Assembly (NCBI RefSeq): GCF_004010195.1
Contig: NC_057723.1
Location: 16,363,718 to 16,427,717 of the forward strand
Source of the DNA: Chiloscyllium plagiosum
Lineage: Eukaryota
Direction of reading: 5' to 3'
DNA length: 64,000 nucleotides
Made by a program: the position numbers and the translations under genes. The notes under the pieces are model-generated. The model was not told the origin of the DNA, ran no database searches, and saw nothing but the letters and a program-made list of their open reading frames with translations. Positions 26,740 through 39,557 of the stretch are shown here, one piece after another. The stretch's first letter is position 1. Every line of letters begins with the position of its first letter.

Positions 26740-27220
26740 TAGAGTCAAAGAGATGTACAGCATAGAAACAACCTTCAGTCCAACTTGTCCATGCCGACCA
26801 GATATCCTAAATTAATCTAGTCCCATTTGCCAGCACTTTGTCCGTATCCCTCTTAACTCTCCCTATTCATATATCTATCCAGATATCTGTTAAATGTTGT
26901 AATTGTACCAGCCTCCAGCACTTCTTCTAGTAGCTCATTCCACACTGGAAACCATCCTCTGCATGAAAATGTTGCCCAATAGGTCCCTTCTCAATCTTTC
27001 ACCTCTCACCTTAAACCAATGCCCACAGTTTTGGACTCCCCTACCCTGTGAAAAAGACCTTGGCTATTCATCTTATCTAAGCCCTTCATGATTTTATAAA
27101 CCTCTATAAGTTCACTCCTCAGCCTTTGACACTGCAGGGAAATAGCCTCAACATGTTCAGCCCCTCCCTATATCAAACCCTCCAACCCTGGCAACATCCT
27201 TGTAAATCTTTTCTGCATCC
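26740..27220 (-). mobile_element. CR1/HER1 3' end (GRXCR2 intron 2)
   Basis: Same 3' end sequence as 23194-23720. Confidence 0.85.
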
Positions 27221-28624
27221 TGTTCTTCTATGTCTCTCTATGCCATTACCATACATTGAATAAAACACTAGAAAGAAGACCTTTTTGTAATGCTTCTAGA
27301 AATACTACTGCACTTCTTGTTACTCAGAATTACTCAAAAACATTTCTCCTTCCCATCTTTGCTTCTTCCATGTGGGGAAGCACATATTTCTTCACTATAT
27401 GATGACACAGCATTTTCATTTCATTTGCTGTTTAACTTCTGTAATACATTCCTTGAAAGCCAACTTTCTTCAATATTAAATAGCCAATGAAATGTCAGAA
27501 ACCTTAAATATAAACTCTTTCTCCACAGATAGTGCCTGACCTGCTGCTATTTCTAGTATTTTCTGTTTCAATAAGTCACAACACATCTTTCTATGTGATT
27601 CTGCAATCTCAACAGATTTGCCTAATTCTCCTACCATAACATCAGTGGAAATTCAGCAGAAACCTTAGAGATAACATTCAAGAGAAAAGAAACGTCCACT
27701 AACAAACTCCACATTAATGGCATCATTTCCTCATTATAATTTATCTGGTTAGCTTAACACTTTGCTGTATTGGACTAGATCTCGACCTCAAATATAAGAA
27801 CAGCACTAAGTGATATCCCACCACGGATTCACTACGTGTCAATTCAGCAACTGAACAATGAACTGTCTATCATTGTAAAACAGATTAGTTATTTATACCC
27901 ATTTCTCTAGGGCTTCCATTCAAGTTCTCCTGAAGTTAGGTTAGGAGAATCCTGTGTGATATCTTAAATGTCTTAACTTCTGACAGAAATCAGATCACTA
28001 ATGTCAGATATTCCAATCCCTGAGTATTGGAGTTCTGGGATTATTCAATGTAGATTGAGCGGGATGATACTTAGATCAAGAAATTAGCTTTGAGAACTGG
28101 CATGTGATACTGACATTATATCTATTGGAACAGAAAAAAAAGCAATATATAATAAAAGCTATTAAAATTATGAAGCATTTTGATGAACTGATTATTTCTC
28201 CTTATATGAGAGTTGATGAAAAGAAGCCATTGGTTTAAATCATCCCTAAGAGGTTAAGGAGTGGAGTTAGATGAAATTTCTTTCCGTAGAAAGTTGATGG
28301 ACCATGAATGTTTTTTTCACAGGAGAGCTTGAGGCATCCTCTAACCATTTTAAGTAAACAAGGTAAAAAATAATAGGAAGAACAAACACAGAGGAATGAG
28401 ATTTGCCATAGATTATTGTAGCAAAGTGATATAATGGGGAAGTTACTATCCTATGTGCTATAAATTTCAATATGATGTTTTGTTTTATTTATTTTGATGT
28501 ATATTAGTAATGATAAGTTGTATTTGCATGTCACCAGGATTGTAACTTTAACAATTTGATTTATGTTGTTTGTATTGTTAATTCTGTTTATTTGAGGTAT
28601 TGATGCATTAATTGCACAGAACTA

Positions 28625-29010
28625 CGGAATTGTAATGATGCAGAAGGCGATTTGACCCATTGTGTTTGCACCAGTCCTAGTAGCTAATGCCAATTTCCTA
28701 CCTTTTCCACATAGCTCTGCAGAGCATTTCTGCCCAAACACCATTGATTGCCCTCTTAAATGCCAGGATTGAATGTGCGTCCACCACATTTCCAGCCAGC
28801 GCATTCCATACCCTAACTACTTTCTGTGTGCAGTTTTTTTCCCCACATCACCCTTGCACAACATTTTAAATCTTATCCCTCTTTTTTTTCTTTTATAAGT
28901 GGGAGCAGCTTCTTTCTATCTACTCTATCCTGTCTGTTCATGATTTTGAAATCCTCTATCAAATCTCCTCTCAGCCTTCTTCCCTGCAAGAAGACCGGCC
29001 CCAACTTGGA
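28625..29010 (-). mobile_element. Old CR1 3' end
   Basis: Decayed CR1 C-terminus and 3' UTR. Confidence 0.6.
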
Positions 29011-29350
29011 TTAGTTGGTATCACTCTTGATGTGAGTCACAAGACAGTGAATTTAAGTCCAAGTCCATGACTTGAACATACAGTAAAAATATTAATTGAG
29101 ATCCTAATGACCAGTTTCATTGGTTCAGTGGGAAATTAAAGATAACATTGTGCAATGAACAAAGAATCTGCAGCTATCCAAGACAACATTCCTACTTCAA
29201 TCAGTGAGACTGAGGATTGATTTGCCATTGACTAAATTGTTGCCAATGGGATCTTCTTATTCCCAAAATGGGTGCATGCTTTTCCTGAAGAGCAGCAACC
29301 AATATGTAATTAATTGTGATGTGTTTTAAAACTGTGATGACTATTGTATG
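29010..29350 (+). mobile_element. Very old Deu-type SINE remnant
   Basis: tRNA-like head (cactcttgatgtgagtcacaagacagtgaatttaagtcc) plus weak similarity to the 3700-3980 element. Confidence 0.4.
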
Positions 29351-29504
29351 TATGCTACTCCTTGTTTTTAAAGTCAAACCTAATTAGTGTTTATCTCCTT
29401 AAAGATGAGGTGGTGAAAGTAACTTATCCTATGAGCCACTGTTCAATATTGGTGATTTTTACTTTAGGCCAATGGAGGTTAGTTACTAAATAAAAATAAA
29501 TAGA

Positions 29505-30480
29505 ACACAACTTGATTAATTTTTTGAAGAAGTAACGAAGAAGATTGATGAGGGCAGAGCAGTAGATGTGATCTATATGGACTTCAGTAAGACATTCGAC
29601 AAGGTTCCCCATGGGATACTGATTAGCACAGTTAGATCTCATAGAATACAGGGAGAACTAGCCATTTGGATATAGAACTGGCTCAAAGGTAAAAGACAGA
29701 GGGTGGTGGTGGAGGGTTGTTTTTCAGACTGGAGGCCTGTGACCAGTGGAGGGCCACAAGGGTCGGTGCTGGGCCTTCTGCTTTTTGTCATTTACATAAA
29801 TGATTTGGATCCGAGCATAAGAAGTACAGTTCGTAAGTTTGCAGATGACACCAAAATTGGAGGTGTAGTGGACAGTGAAGAGGGTTACCTCAGATTACAA
29901 CAGGATCTGGACCAGATGGGCCAATGGGCTGAGAAGTGGCAGCTGGAGTTAATTCAGATAAATGTAAGGTGCTGCATTTTGGGAAAGCAAATCTTAGCAG
30001 GACTTATACACTTAATGGTAAGGTCCTAGGGAGTGTTTCTGAACAAAGAGACTTTGGAGTGCAGGTTCCTCGCTCCTTGAAAGTGGAGTCGCAGGTAGAT
30101 AGGATAATGAAGAAGGCATTTGGTATGCTTTCATTTATGGATAGGATAAATGGACAAAGTCTTTTCCCTGGGGTCGGGGAGTTCAGAACTAGAGGGCATA
30201 GGTTTAGGGTGAGAGGGGAAAGATATAAAAGAGACCTAAGGGGCAACTTTTTCACGAAGAGGGTGGTACGTGTATGGAATGAGCTGCCAGAGGATTTGGT
30301 AGAGGCTAGTACAATTGCAACAATTAAGAGGCATTTGGATTGGTATATGAATAGGAAAGGTTTGGAGGGATATGGGCCGGGTGCTGGCAGGTGGGACTAG
30401 ATTGGATTGGGATATCTGATCGGTATGGACGGGTTGGACCGAAGGGTCTGTTTCCATGCTGTACACCTCTATGACTCTAT
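29505..30480 (+). mobile_element. CR1/HER1 RT and 3' end with internal deletion near 30132
   Basis: SGGPQGSVLGLLLFVIYINDL...KFADDTKIGG; peptide jumps from KKAFGMLSF to MDRING; CTCTATGA tail. Confidence 0.92.
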
Positions 30481-31015
30481 AACAGACAAACAAAAACAAA
30501 ATATATTTATCCTAACTTTGGGATGGCTTATTCTTAATTTTTTTTCACAAAACACAAACAAAAAGACCTAGCATCACACTTTGTAAGTTCTGAGACAGAA
30601 TTATACAGTGACTTAGGCTGTTTAAAATCCTAACCTTTCTGATTCAATATTATGATGAAAATTAACTTCTGTTTTACATATAAATCTGTTTTGCGGAAAC
30701 AGTCACGGCTGAAACAGAATGAGAGGATCAACTTTGGAATCAACCAAATTGGCAGCTGACAATGAACAAGAAGGTAAATATTGAGGCATTTGTCACAAAA
30801 TGATCAATCTTTCATGAGAAGCCGGTATCCAACCCTAATAAAATTATCACTCGTCAGTACTTTTAATAACTTACTGCAAATTGAGGGATCTAATCCATTT
30901 CAATTAAATGACCAGCAAATGGTGTTTCAATTTATAAGATTGTAATTCTAATGCCCAGAGAGAAGGGTCAAACAAGAATCAATTAATCCAGATGGATCAA
31001 TATCCTCAACAAGTA

Positions 31016-31064
31016 TTGAATTGAATTGAATTGAATTGAATTGAATTGAATTGAATTGAATTGA
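31016..31064. repeat. (TTGAA)n microsatellite, about 10 units; probable tail of a minus-strand LINE end (to about 31200)
   Basis: Nine perfect TTGAA units plus TTGA. Confidence 0.9.
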
Positions 31065-31308
31065 TTGTCTTGTGTACCAAGGCACAAGGCTTTGTCTTGC
31101 GAGCAATACAGGCAGATCACAGGGTTAAGTAGCATAGATAAGTAGAGTAAGCATATTAAACATATATAATGTAAGATAACAAAACTGACATCAATGTTGA
31201 TACAATCAAAATATTTCAAGATTCGGAGATGCCGGTGTTGGACTGGGGTGTACAAAGTTAAAAATCACACAACACCAGGTTATAGTCCAACAGGTTTAAT
31301 TGGAAGCA

Positions 31309-31343
31309 CACTAGCTTTCGGAGCGACGATCCTTCATCAGGTG
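31309..31343 (-). ncRNA. Minimal hammerhead ribozyme motif (sense to GRXCR2 pre-mRNA)
   Basis: Reverse complement cac-CTGATGA-A-GGATC-gtc-GCTCC-GAA-AGCT-A-gtg; one stem II mismatch. Confidence 0.7.
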
Positions 31344-31348
31344 ATTGT

Positions 31349-31383
31349 CACCTGATGAAGGAGCGACGCTCCGAAAGCTAGTG
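31349..31383 (+). ncRNA. Minimal hammerhead ribozyme motif
   Basis: cac-CTGATGA-A-GGAGC-gac-GCTCC-GAA-AGCT-A-gtg: perfect stems I and II, intact core. Confidence 0.8.
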
Positions 31384-31556
31384 TGCTTCCAATTAAACCT
31401 GTTGGACTATAACCTGGTGTTGTGTGATTTTTAAAAATATTTCAAGCTTTTGAACATCAAAATTATTTTAAAAGGCTCTTTTATGTTTTGTTAATTCACC
31501 GAATAATTTATCTTAAGACGTTCCTTAATTTAAATTAGGAAAGTTGTATACAGTAC

Positions 31557-31733
31557 CTCAGCTGTCCTTAACTGCTTCTCACTGCTTTCTTCAGCCAGGT
31601 TTGCTGTATTTTCAGAGATCAGCTGAGTTTGGAAAAGTTTACTTATGAGCTTTCTCTGAGTCAGCGGTGCTTTTATGATCCTCAGGTTACTTGTATAGAT
31701 GATAATTTTTCCGAAATTCAGTATTGTTGATGA
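31557..31733 (-). CDS. GRXCR2: GRXCR2 coding exon 2
   Basis: Manual translation SSTILNFGKIIIYTSNLRIIKAPLTQRKLISKLFQ...LRTAE matches the GRXCR2 motif IDFGKIIIYTNNLKII. Acceptor ttcgtag| and donor GAG|gtactg; 177 nt, phase 0. The donor is the least certain boundary. Confidence 0.88.
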
Positions 31734-32517
31734 CTACGAATGCAGAGATATGCTGTGTAACTTATACAGATACTGCACTATCACCGGCAATATTTTATTA
31801 ATGTAAGATTGTAAGTGAGGTGCTTTCAACTGAAAAGCATGCTATGTTGCTAAAGTTACATGAATATTAATTATATATTAACTCGATAGCTAAAAGTAAA
31901 GACCGAACCATTGTCAAAAATGATGCATTAGCATACTTTATTTTAGAAATAAAAACCAGAACTGAAAGTTACTATCATGTTTAATGCTCTGGTATCAAGT
32001 TCCTCTCTCCACTTTTTTAGTGGAGATGTGAATCCATTTATAACCAATATTGTAATTTATTGCCATTATCGAAATAACAGTGAATTTAAAATAAATTCTC
32101 AAAGTATTCACATGATCATTGTAATTTTCAGGCTATATCTGTAAGAATAATCTTTAATACAGTTTAGTTGACTTTGGTTGACAGCAACAAGTTATTTTTC
32201 AGAACTCATTACATAAAAAGAGGCTCCTCAGAACATTTTACAGGGTAATAAAATTCAAATGGATATTGACTGCCTCTGAGTCCATGTACATAGATCGTTA
32301 AAATGTCATGGACAAGAACAAAAACTAACTTAAACAAGCCAATAGAATACTGACCTTTATATAGAGAGCACTAAAATACAAGGGTATAAAAATCATTTTT
32401 CAGCTATACAAAAGCTCTGGTTAGACCATGTTGTGAGATGAATCCTCACTATATTGTCTGAGCTATCAGTGAGAAACTGACACCATCCTCTTTCCTGGTA
32501 GGGACTTACAGGGCACC

Positions 32518-32720
32518 TAGGAGACAGTGAGGTCTGCAGATGCTGGAGATCAGAGCTGAGAGTATATTGCTGGAAAAGCACAGCAGGTCAGGCAAAATCC
32601 AAGGAGCAGGAAAATCGACGTTTCGGGCCGGAATCAGATTTTGTGATGAAGGGCTCCAGCACGAAATGCCGATTTCCCTGCTCCTCAGATGCTGTGCTTT
32701 TCCAGCAACACACTCTCAAC
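32518..32720. mobile_element. PLE-end inverted pair, decayed hammerheads
   Basis: ctggaaaagcacagc...atcgacgtttcgggc / tgatgaagggctccagcacgaaatg...gctgtgcttttccag. Confidence 0.75.
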
Positions 32721-33359
32721 TTACAGGGCACCCTTGGTCTAGAGTGTTGGATAAAACCATTTGGTAATCTAATGAGAATAGGCTCTTATTTTAAACAAGA
32801 TGTGGTTCATTGCACAATAGCAATGATGTACAAGCTACACTGCTGTGATTGATATTGTCATAGAGGCTACGAGAAAGACCAAGATGGCCGCTCTCCTTCC
32901 ACTCAGGTCCTAAGCTGTTCCCGATGACATATCATTGAGGGGGGTGCTTAAAGCACTTTACAACATTAACCCTTTCAAATTCCTACACCCCATACAATAG
33001 GCCACACTTAAAATACTTCAGCAATTGTGGATAGTGCACCCTAGGAAAAATCTTGGATTGATCTTGGATTGAATGCAATTTAAATTTACCAGAATTATCC
33101 ACTGATTCCAAGACAAAGATTACAAGGATAAACTGAGGTTGTATTACCTGTAACTTTGATGATTAAGTGATGTCTTAATCAAAGTCACCAAGATATTAGT
33201 GAGAAGTTATTACTGTTTGCTGTAAATTTAATAGTGAACACAACCTAAAAATTAGGGCCAAGTCTATTAGGAGTATACGCAAAGGATGGTAGAAGTGCTG
33301 GGTCAACTGAAAATTTTAATGTTGAAATTGTTGGAATTTTTAAATTTAATTTGTTGCAG

Positions 33360-33641
33360 CCTCTCAGCACCAAGATCCCAGGTTCGATTCCAGTCTTGGA
33401 TGACTGTCAGTGTGGAGTTTGCACATTCTCCCCGTGTCTGCGTGGGTTTCCTCCTGGTGCTCCGGTTTCCTCCCACAGTCCAAAGATGTGCAGGTCAGGT
33501 GAATTGGCCGTGCTAAATTGCCCGTAGTGTTAAGTGCATTAGTCAGAGTGAAATGGGTCTGGATGGGTTACTCTTTGGAGGGTCAGTGTGGACTGGTTGG
33601 GCCGAAGGACCTGTTTCCACGCTGTAGTGAATCTAATCTAA
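33360..33641 (+). mobile_element. HE1 V-SINE, 5'-eroded
   Basis: B box ggttcgattcc, V-domain gtgtggagtttgcacattctccccgtgtctgcgtgggtttcc, (TCTAA) tail. Confidence 0.9.
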
Positions 33642-33769
33642 AATGTGTGGAAGGCCAAGGTGGATAAAAGGGCAGCCACGAATGGTGAAACAAAAGGATC
33701 AGGCAATGAGAATGATCCATGTCCCAATCACATCATGAAACAAAGAGGGTAACAAAATCACAAAAATAT

Positions 33770-34530
33770 TATGACATAGAAGAAGGCTATTTGATCCATC
33801 GTGCCTGCATTGATATTGAATGAGCATCATTTCCATGTGGTAGTTCCCTGCATTTTTGCCATATCGTTCCACATTATGTTTTTTAACCTGAATAATCTTC
33901 CAATTCCCTCTTGCATACCTCAATTGAACAACCTTCCACCTCAGTTCCAGGCAGTGCATTCCATACTTTAACTATTCACTAAATGTGAAAAAGTTTCGCT
34001 GTACTTCACTCTTGTTTTTTTTGAAGATCACTTTAAATCTATGTTCTCTTGACCTTGTTCCTTTTACGATCGGGAACAGTTTATCTTTATCTACTCTATC
34101 CTGCTCATGATTTTGAAAAAGTCAATCAGATGTCCCCTTAGCCTTCTTCTCTCCAGGGGGATCAGTTACAACTTCTTTAATCTACCCTCATACCTGAAGT
34201 ATCTCATCCATGGAACCAGCCTTACAAATCACTTCTGTACTCTCTCCAACACACACACATTCCTATTATAATGTGGCACCCAGAACTGTGAACAATACTC
34301 CAGCTGAGGTTTAACAAGTGCTTATATAAATTCAACATCAACTTCTTGCCCTTGTCCTATATACTCCTATTAATAAAGCCAAAGATGCTTTACTTACTGC
34401 TCTCTCTGCCTGCCCTGCCACCTTCAATTATATGTGCATATATACATCCAGGTCCCTCTGCTCCTCTACACCCCTATTTTGTATTATCTTTCAATTTTCT
34501 TCCAACAAAAATGCATCACTTCACACTTTT
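33770..34530 (-). mobile_element. Old CR1 3' region
   Basis: Decayed antisense CR1 C-terminus. Confidence 0.65.
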
Positions 34531-34639
34531 ACAGTGTGCACTTACTTGCAGTCTATTTATTAGACTGAGAAACTTAAAGCTATTGTAGCTGTATGGGAAA
34601 CTGGATAGCCATGTACTTTCCAAGGCAGTAATCTGAAGG

Positions 34640-34800
34640 TAGGAGAAAGTGAGGATGCTGGAGATCAGAGCAACATCTGAGGACCAGGAGAATCAAACTT
34701 TTGGGCATGAGCTGGAAGGACTTATGCCCGAAACATCGACTCTCCTGCTCCTCAGATGCTGCCTGATCTGCTGTGCTTTTCCAGACTCTCGACTCTCGAC
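34640..34800. mobile_element. PLE-end inverted pair
   Basis: aggagaaagtgaggatgctggagatcagag ... gcccgaaacatcgactctcctgctcctcagatgctgcc. Confidence 0.7.
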
Positions 34801-35169
34801 AGAAACCTAAAAGTGTGTTATCATTCTGAAATGGAGGAATGCACATTGAGAGAATAATAGAAGAGCTTCTGAAGGCTACATGAAAAGATTTTGTGCTCAT
34901 GATCCATATAAGTGTGAATAACATACATATCAGGAATGGAAGGTATTTGTTACAGAGCTCAGAAATTAACATAAGAGATTGGTATGACACCAACAGTCAT
35001 TAAGTGGGATTGATGATCACTGGATGTTCCGAGCAGAGTAGAAATCAGCCAACATGAGAACTATAGGCCGATTAGTTTTAATTCAACATTGTACAAAATA
35101 TGAAATTGATTACTTACCAATTAGTAGAGAATTATCTGTATGATAATCCAGTAGACAACAGCCATAGAT

Positions 35170-35700
35170 TCAGGAAGTGGGGATCTTTGGAGCAGAGATT
35201 CAGGCCATTCATTCCCTTGAGCCCGCTTTGCTATTCTAGGTCATGGCTACCTCATTGCCATATTCCCGTGTTATCCCCATATCACTTGACGTCATTACGG
35301 ACTAGAAACCTATTAATTTCTGTTGTAAACTTTCTCAATGACTGGCTTTCACCTCTATCTGGGTCAGAGAATTCCAAAAATTCACCACAATATGAGTGAA
35401 GAAGTTTCTCCTCATCTCAGTCCTAAATGGTTTCCCTTTAATTCTAAGACTGTCTCCTGGTTCTGGCCACCACAGCCAGTGGCAATATTCTTTGTGTACT
35501 GACTCTGTCTAAGCCTTAGAAGAATGTTATAAGTTTCCATGAGATCACCTCTTATTATTCTCAATTCCTAAGAACACAGTCTCCTCAATCTCTCAACATA
35601 GTACAATCCTACTATCCCAGGGATCAGCCTGAATCTCTACTGCATTCTCTCCATGGCTAGTTTAATCACCCTTCGGCTAGAGAACCAGAACCACACATAT
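35170..35700 (-). mobile_element. Old CR1 3' end
   Basis: caggccattcattcccttgagcc...gagtgaagaagtttctcctcatctcagtcctaaatgg. Confidence 0.65.
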
Positions 35701-35927
35701 TTGTCTGGGTACTACCTCCACACATCCTGCCTGAACAATCTCATTAGCTTGGTTGTTGAAATGATGTCCCATTTAAACAACAGAAAGTCTCGTGATAGTG
35801 CATACTTTGTCTTCCAAAAACTGCAATGTAACTGCTTCTTGTGTATTCTAGTTTAAAATGTGCTTTAAAGGATGCATCAAATTCAAATCAATAAATTGAT
35901 AGAGTCAAAGTGTAATGAATGACTTAC

Positions 35928-36272
35928 CTTGGAACGGTTTTCAGTCAGGTCAGTGAATAGGTTCTGTTCACCTGTCATACTGTACCTATTTCCATCTCTG
36001 AACACATTTATTCTCTGTGCTAATAAACGTGTTGAAGAAGGGTAAGCTGTGTCCCAGTGTTCTTGTGCCATAGCTCGGCCGATTTCAAATCTCTCACTCA
36101 ATCTTGTTTTCAATGACCCACGTTGACCGTCTTCCTCAGGTTCTTCTGACTCTGACCCATCCTCATAAACCTGCTTTAGCACACGACCACTGTAAGAGGA
36201 GGAGATCCGGAATCTAACTTTCCTGGGCTTGGGTTCACACTTATTACTGAACTTATTGTGGAGTTCCTCCAT
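35928..36272 (-). CDS. GRXCR2: GRXCR2 coding exon 1 (glutaredoxin and cysteine-rich domain protein 2)
   Basis: [39 protein letters not shown]...LLAQRINVFRDGNRY...ENRSK matches the recalled GRXCR2 N-terminus ([25 protein letters not shown]). ATG at 36272; donor AAG|GTAAGT at 35928/35927; 345 nt, phase 0. Confidence 0.95.
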
Positions 36273-36828
36273 TCGTAATGTAACTGCAGAAACACCCGAT
36301 AAAGAAATGGCCACAATCTGCCTAGAATCTAGAACTAATTCACAGAGAGAGCTATAATTTCAGTCTCTCCTGTTCTCTTGCTTCCTTGTAATGTATAATT
36401 CAGTGATGAGATCATTTGTACGAGGCTGATACCACCCTAATTAAACAATTACATGAGTGTGTAAGTATCTACAACACTGCAGGGCAATTTATCTTAGGCA
36501 GCAATTAAAAAAAAAGCGTCTTTGTTGGAATTGTACTGTTACATTCATTTTGTTAATTACATATCTGAATACATGCACTTTGGCTGCAGCACAATACACC
36601 TCTGTGTATGTGTGGCATGAGCAGCATCATTCTTTTGTGTGGATTTGGGTTTTGTATTGTTGCAGTAATCATTGTTCTCTGCCCTATTTGAAAGCTTAAA
36701 TGAGCATAGTCAGTGCTGTCCAACATTTGGATATATCCACAGGTTTTTATTATTGAAATCATTTATTTTCTTATCCCTCCCTAGGGCAGACAGTCCAATT
36801 CCATTGATGTCATTATTGTCACTCATCA

Positions 36829-37255
36829 GATTAGATTTTGAGTCAAAATGTGTAGCATTGGAAAAGCACAGCAGGTCAGACAGTATCTGAAGAGCAGGAC
36901 AGTCAACATTTTGGGCATAAACTCTTCATCAGGAATGTTGGGGAGGAGGGCACCCAAGGGGGCTGAGAGATAAATAGGAAGGGGTGGGGCTGGGTGGGAA
37001 GGTATCTTGGAAAGCAATAGGTGGATGAAGGTGGGGGGGTTGATGGTGATAGGTCGGAGTGGAGGGTGGAGCGGATAGGTGGGAAGGAAGACAGGCAGGT
37101 TGAACAGTTAAAGAGGTCGGTGCCGTACTGGAGGGTTGGATCTGGGATAAGGTGGGGGGAGGGGAGATGAGGAAGGTGGTGAAATCAACGTTGATGCCGT
37201 GTGGTTGGAGGGTCCAGCATCTGCAGTCCTTACTTCCTCCCAGATTAGATTTTGA
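36829..37255 (-). mobile_element. Penelope-like element 3' end (EN C-terminus, UTR, decayed hammerhead), about 550 bp upstream of the GRXCR2 ATG
   Basis: TLQPHGINVDFTTF peptide followed by attcctgatgaagagtttatgcccaaaatgttgac; gattagattttga repeated at both flanks (about 36829-36841 and 37243-37255). Confidence 0.8.
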
Positions 37256-37759
37256 CACCATGTGGTAATGTAATATGGATCATTGTGAGTTTATAGCTTG
37301 TTTAACCTCTTTCTCTGAATTCCATTGTAGTCATTGGAAGTGAAGTGCTGAAGAGGTGACAAATGGGCAGTCAATTATGTGACTGACATTATAAGACCTT
37401 CTTGATGTGTTTACGGCCTTTAACTTGTAAAATCACACAATGTCAAACACTGCCTCAGCTCATCTTGTGCTAAAACAATTATTCATACCTTTTGCTACCT
37501 CCAAGCTTGGCTTCAGAGGGTCAGTTAACTCAGTTAAATGTATGGTTGTATGGGGGATGTAAACAAAGTGTGTGATCAAATCCAGTAGAGTCTGAGGGAG
37601 TTCTTGGGGCCTACATCTCAGATTGCCTATTGGGATATCATGATATAAGCCATGATGTTTTATATTCACCTGTGGGACATGGACGCTGCCAGTTGAGCCA
37701 GTTTTATTGCCTGTTCCTATGGGCCCCTGAGAAGGTATATTACTGCAACTAGGGACAGG

Positions 37760-38750
37760 CAATAAATGCTAGTCAGCTAGCGACATCCATGTCACACAAA
37801 TGAACAAAAACAAAATCCAGTAGTGAGCAGTCTCCTTGAACTGGTGCAGTTCATGTGCTGTTGGTAGGCCCACAAAATCACTCAGGAGGGAATTCCAGGA
37901 TTTTGACCCTGATATTGAAGGAATGGCGATACAAGATGGCAAGTGGCTTAGAGGGGAATATACAGGTGCTAATGTTCCCATGTATCTGCTGTCTGTGTCC
38001 TTCTACATGGACGTGGTCCCTGAGGAACTCCCACAAAGATATCATGGAGCTGAGATGACTGCCCCCTATCAACCATAGCCATCTTCCTTTGTTCCAGGTA
38101 TGAGTCTAACCAGTCAAGAGTTCTCCCCTGGATTTCATTCCCTTCTGTTTTTCTCAGTTTCCTTGATGCTTCACAGTCAATTCCACCCTTACTGTCAAGG
38201 GTAATCTCACCTCATCTCTGGAATTCAGCTCTTCTGTCCATCTTTGAACCAAGGCTGTGAAGAAGTCAGGAGCTGAGTGGCACTGGCAGAACTCAAACTA
38301 AACATCACTGACCAGTTATTGCTGAGCAGGTGCTGCTTGATAGCACTGTTGATGACACCTTCCACCACTTTGGTGATGGTCAAAAGTAGACTTATGGAGG
38401 AGTAATTGTCTGGCATTGGTTCTGTCCTGCGTTTTGTGTACAGGAATACCTGGGTAATGTTCACATTGTCAGATAGATGCCAGTGTTGTAGCTGTTCTGG
38501 AGCAGCTTGGGTAGAGCTACATTAAGTTCTGGAGCATAAGTCTTCAGTACAAATACTGGAACATTGTTCGGGCCCATGGCCTTTGCAATATCAAATGCCT
38601 GCAACTATTCCCTGATATCAGATGGAGTGAATCAAATTGGCTGAAGACTGGTATCTGCAATGCTGATGAGCAGTGGAGGACGCCGAAATGGATCATCCAC
38701 TCAATACCTCTGGCTGAAGATTGCAGCGAATGACTTCAGCACAATTGTAA
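37760..38750 (-). mobile_element. Second CR1-clade family fragments
   Basis: PDNYSSISLLLTITKVVEGVINSAIKQHLLSNN RT N-terminal motif. Confidence 0.7.
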
Positions 38751-38959
38751 GCACTAAGACCATATGAAAAGAAACTTTGTTATCCTACTCCTGTCTTTTG
38801 ACCTCACAAATCTCCTTTATGGAGGATGACTGCCTTGTTAAAATGGGTGCTTGTTTTTTTGCTGATTCTTCAATCTCCAAATCTGGCTACTTCTTGTTGT
38901 TATGGACTAAGCCAGACTACTCAAAACATTCTTAAGCAGGCAGCCCCAGACCATAACTT

Positions 38960-39542
38960 TGCAATTTGTATCAGTATGTGTACAGTGAAAATCACTCAAA
39001 GTAAGATAGCTAGGTGGACTACTAGATTTTAAAACAGACAAAAATGTATTCACAAAATTACACAATGAAACACAAAGAACAGAATAAAGAAACTCTTCAG
39101 AACTCAACCTATCCAACTAGACTTAATTATGCTGTTCTGAGTATACACAACAGTCCCAATAAGCAAAATTCCTTTAAAAACCAGTATAAATGGAACACAT
39201 GCTTACAGGTTAAAGTTGAAGGGCAGAAAACAGAGAATGTTTCCACACAATTCCCTGTTGAACTTCCCAGTTCAAGACTGAACTAAAACTGCTCAGCCCA
39301 GCTAAAGAGCTGACTACTCCCCTTTCATTATACAGGTCACTTCTAAAACATGACCACTTTGGCCTGAAGTCTCATCTGTTTACATATAAACAAAAGGTCT
39401 CTCAAAATCCTTTTCATCTCTGTACCAAACCAGACTGATCAGAGCCTGGCCTGGTTTATTGGCCCTCTGAAAATAATTAAGGACAGAGCCTCCTTGAGCC
39501 ACGGAACAGCTTTTAGAAAAAAAAGGGACTAGCTTTATGACA
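38960..39542 (-). mobile_element. Probable solo LTR
   Basis: Minus strand begins TGTCATAAAG at 39542 and has LTR-like composition; left boundary uncertain. Confidence 0.45.
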
Positions 39543-39557
39543 TTGTTGACCATGCAA

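Larger units (their letters stand above)
31221..31434. mobile_element. Young PLE-derived fold-back insertion with two opposed hammerheads
   Basis: 87-bp inverted arms 31258-31344 and 31348-31434; TSD aaatatttcaag at 31209-31220 and 31435-31446. Confidence 0.9.

Noticed and set aside
29703-30400. Functional reverse transcriptase gene
   Set aside because: Frameshifted, 5'-truncated and internally deleted CR1; no intact autonomous element was seen in the window.
35883-36314. ORF-track 143-aa protein as a single-exon gene
   Set aside because: It starts at a non-ATG codon and reads through the GTAAGT donor; the real unit is GRXCR2 exon 1 (36272-35928).
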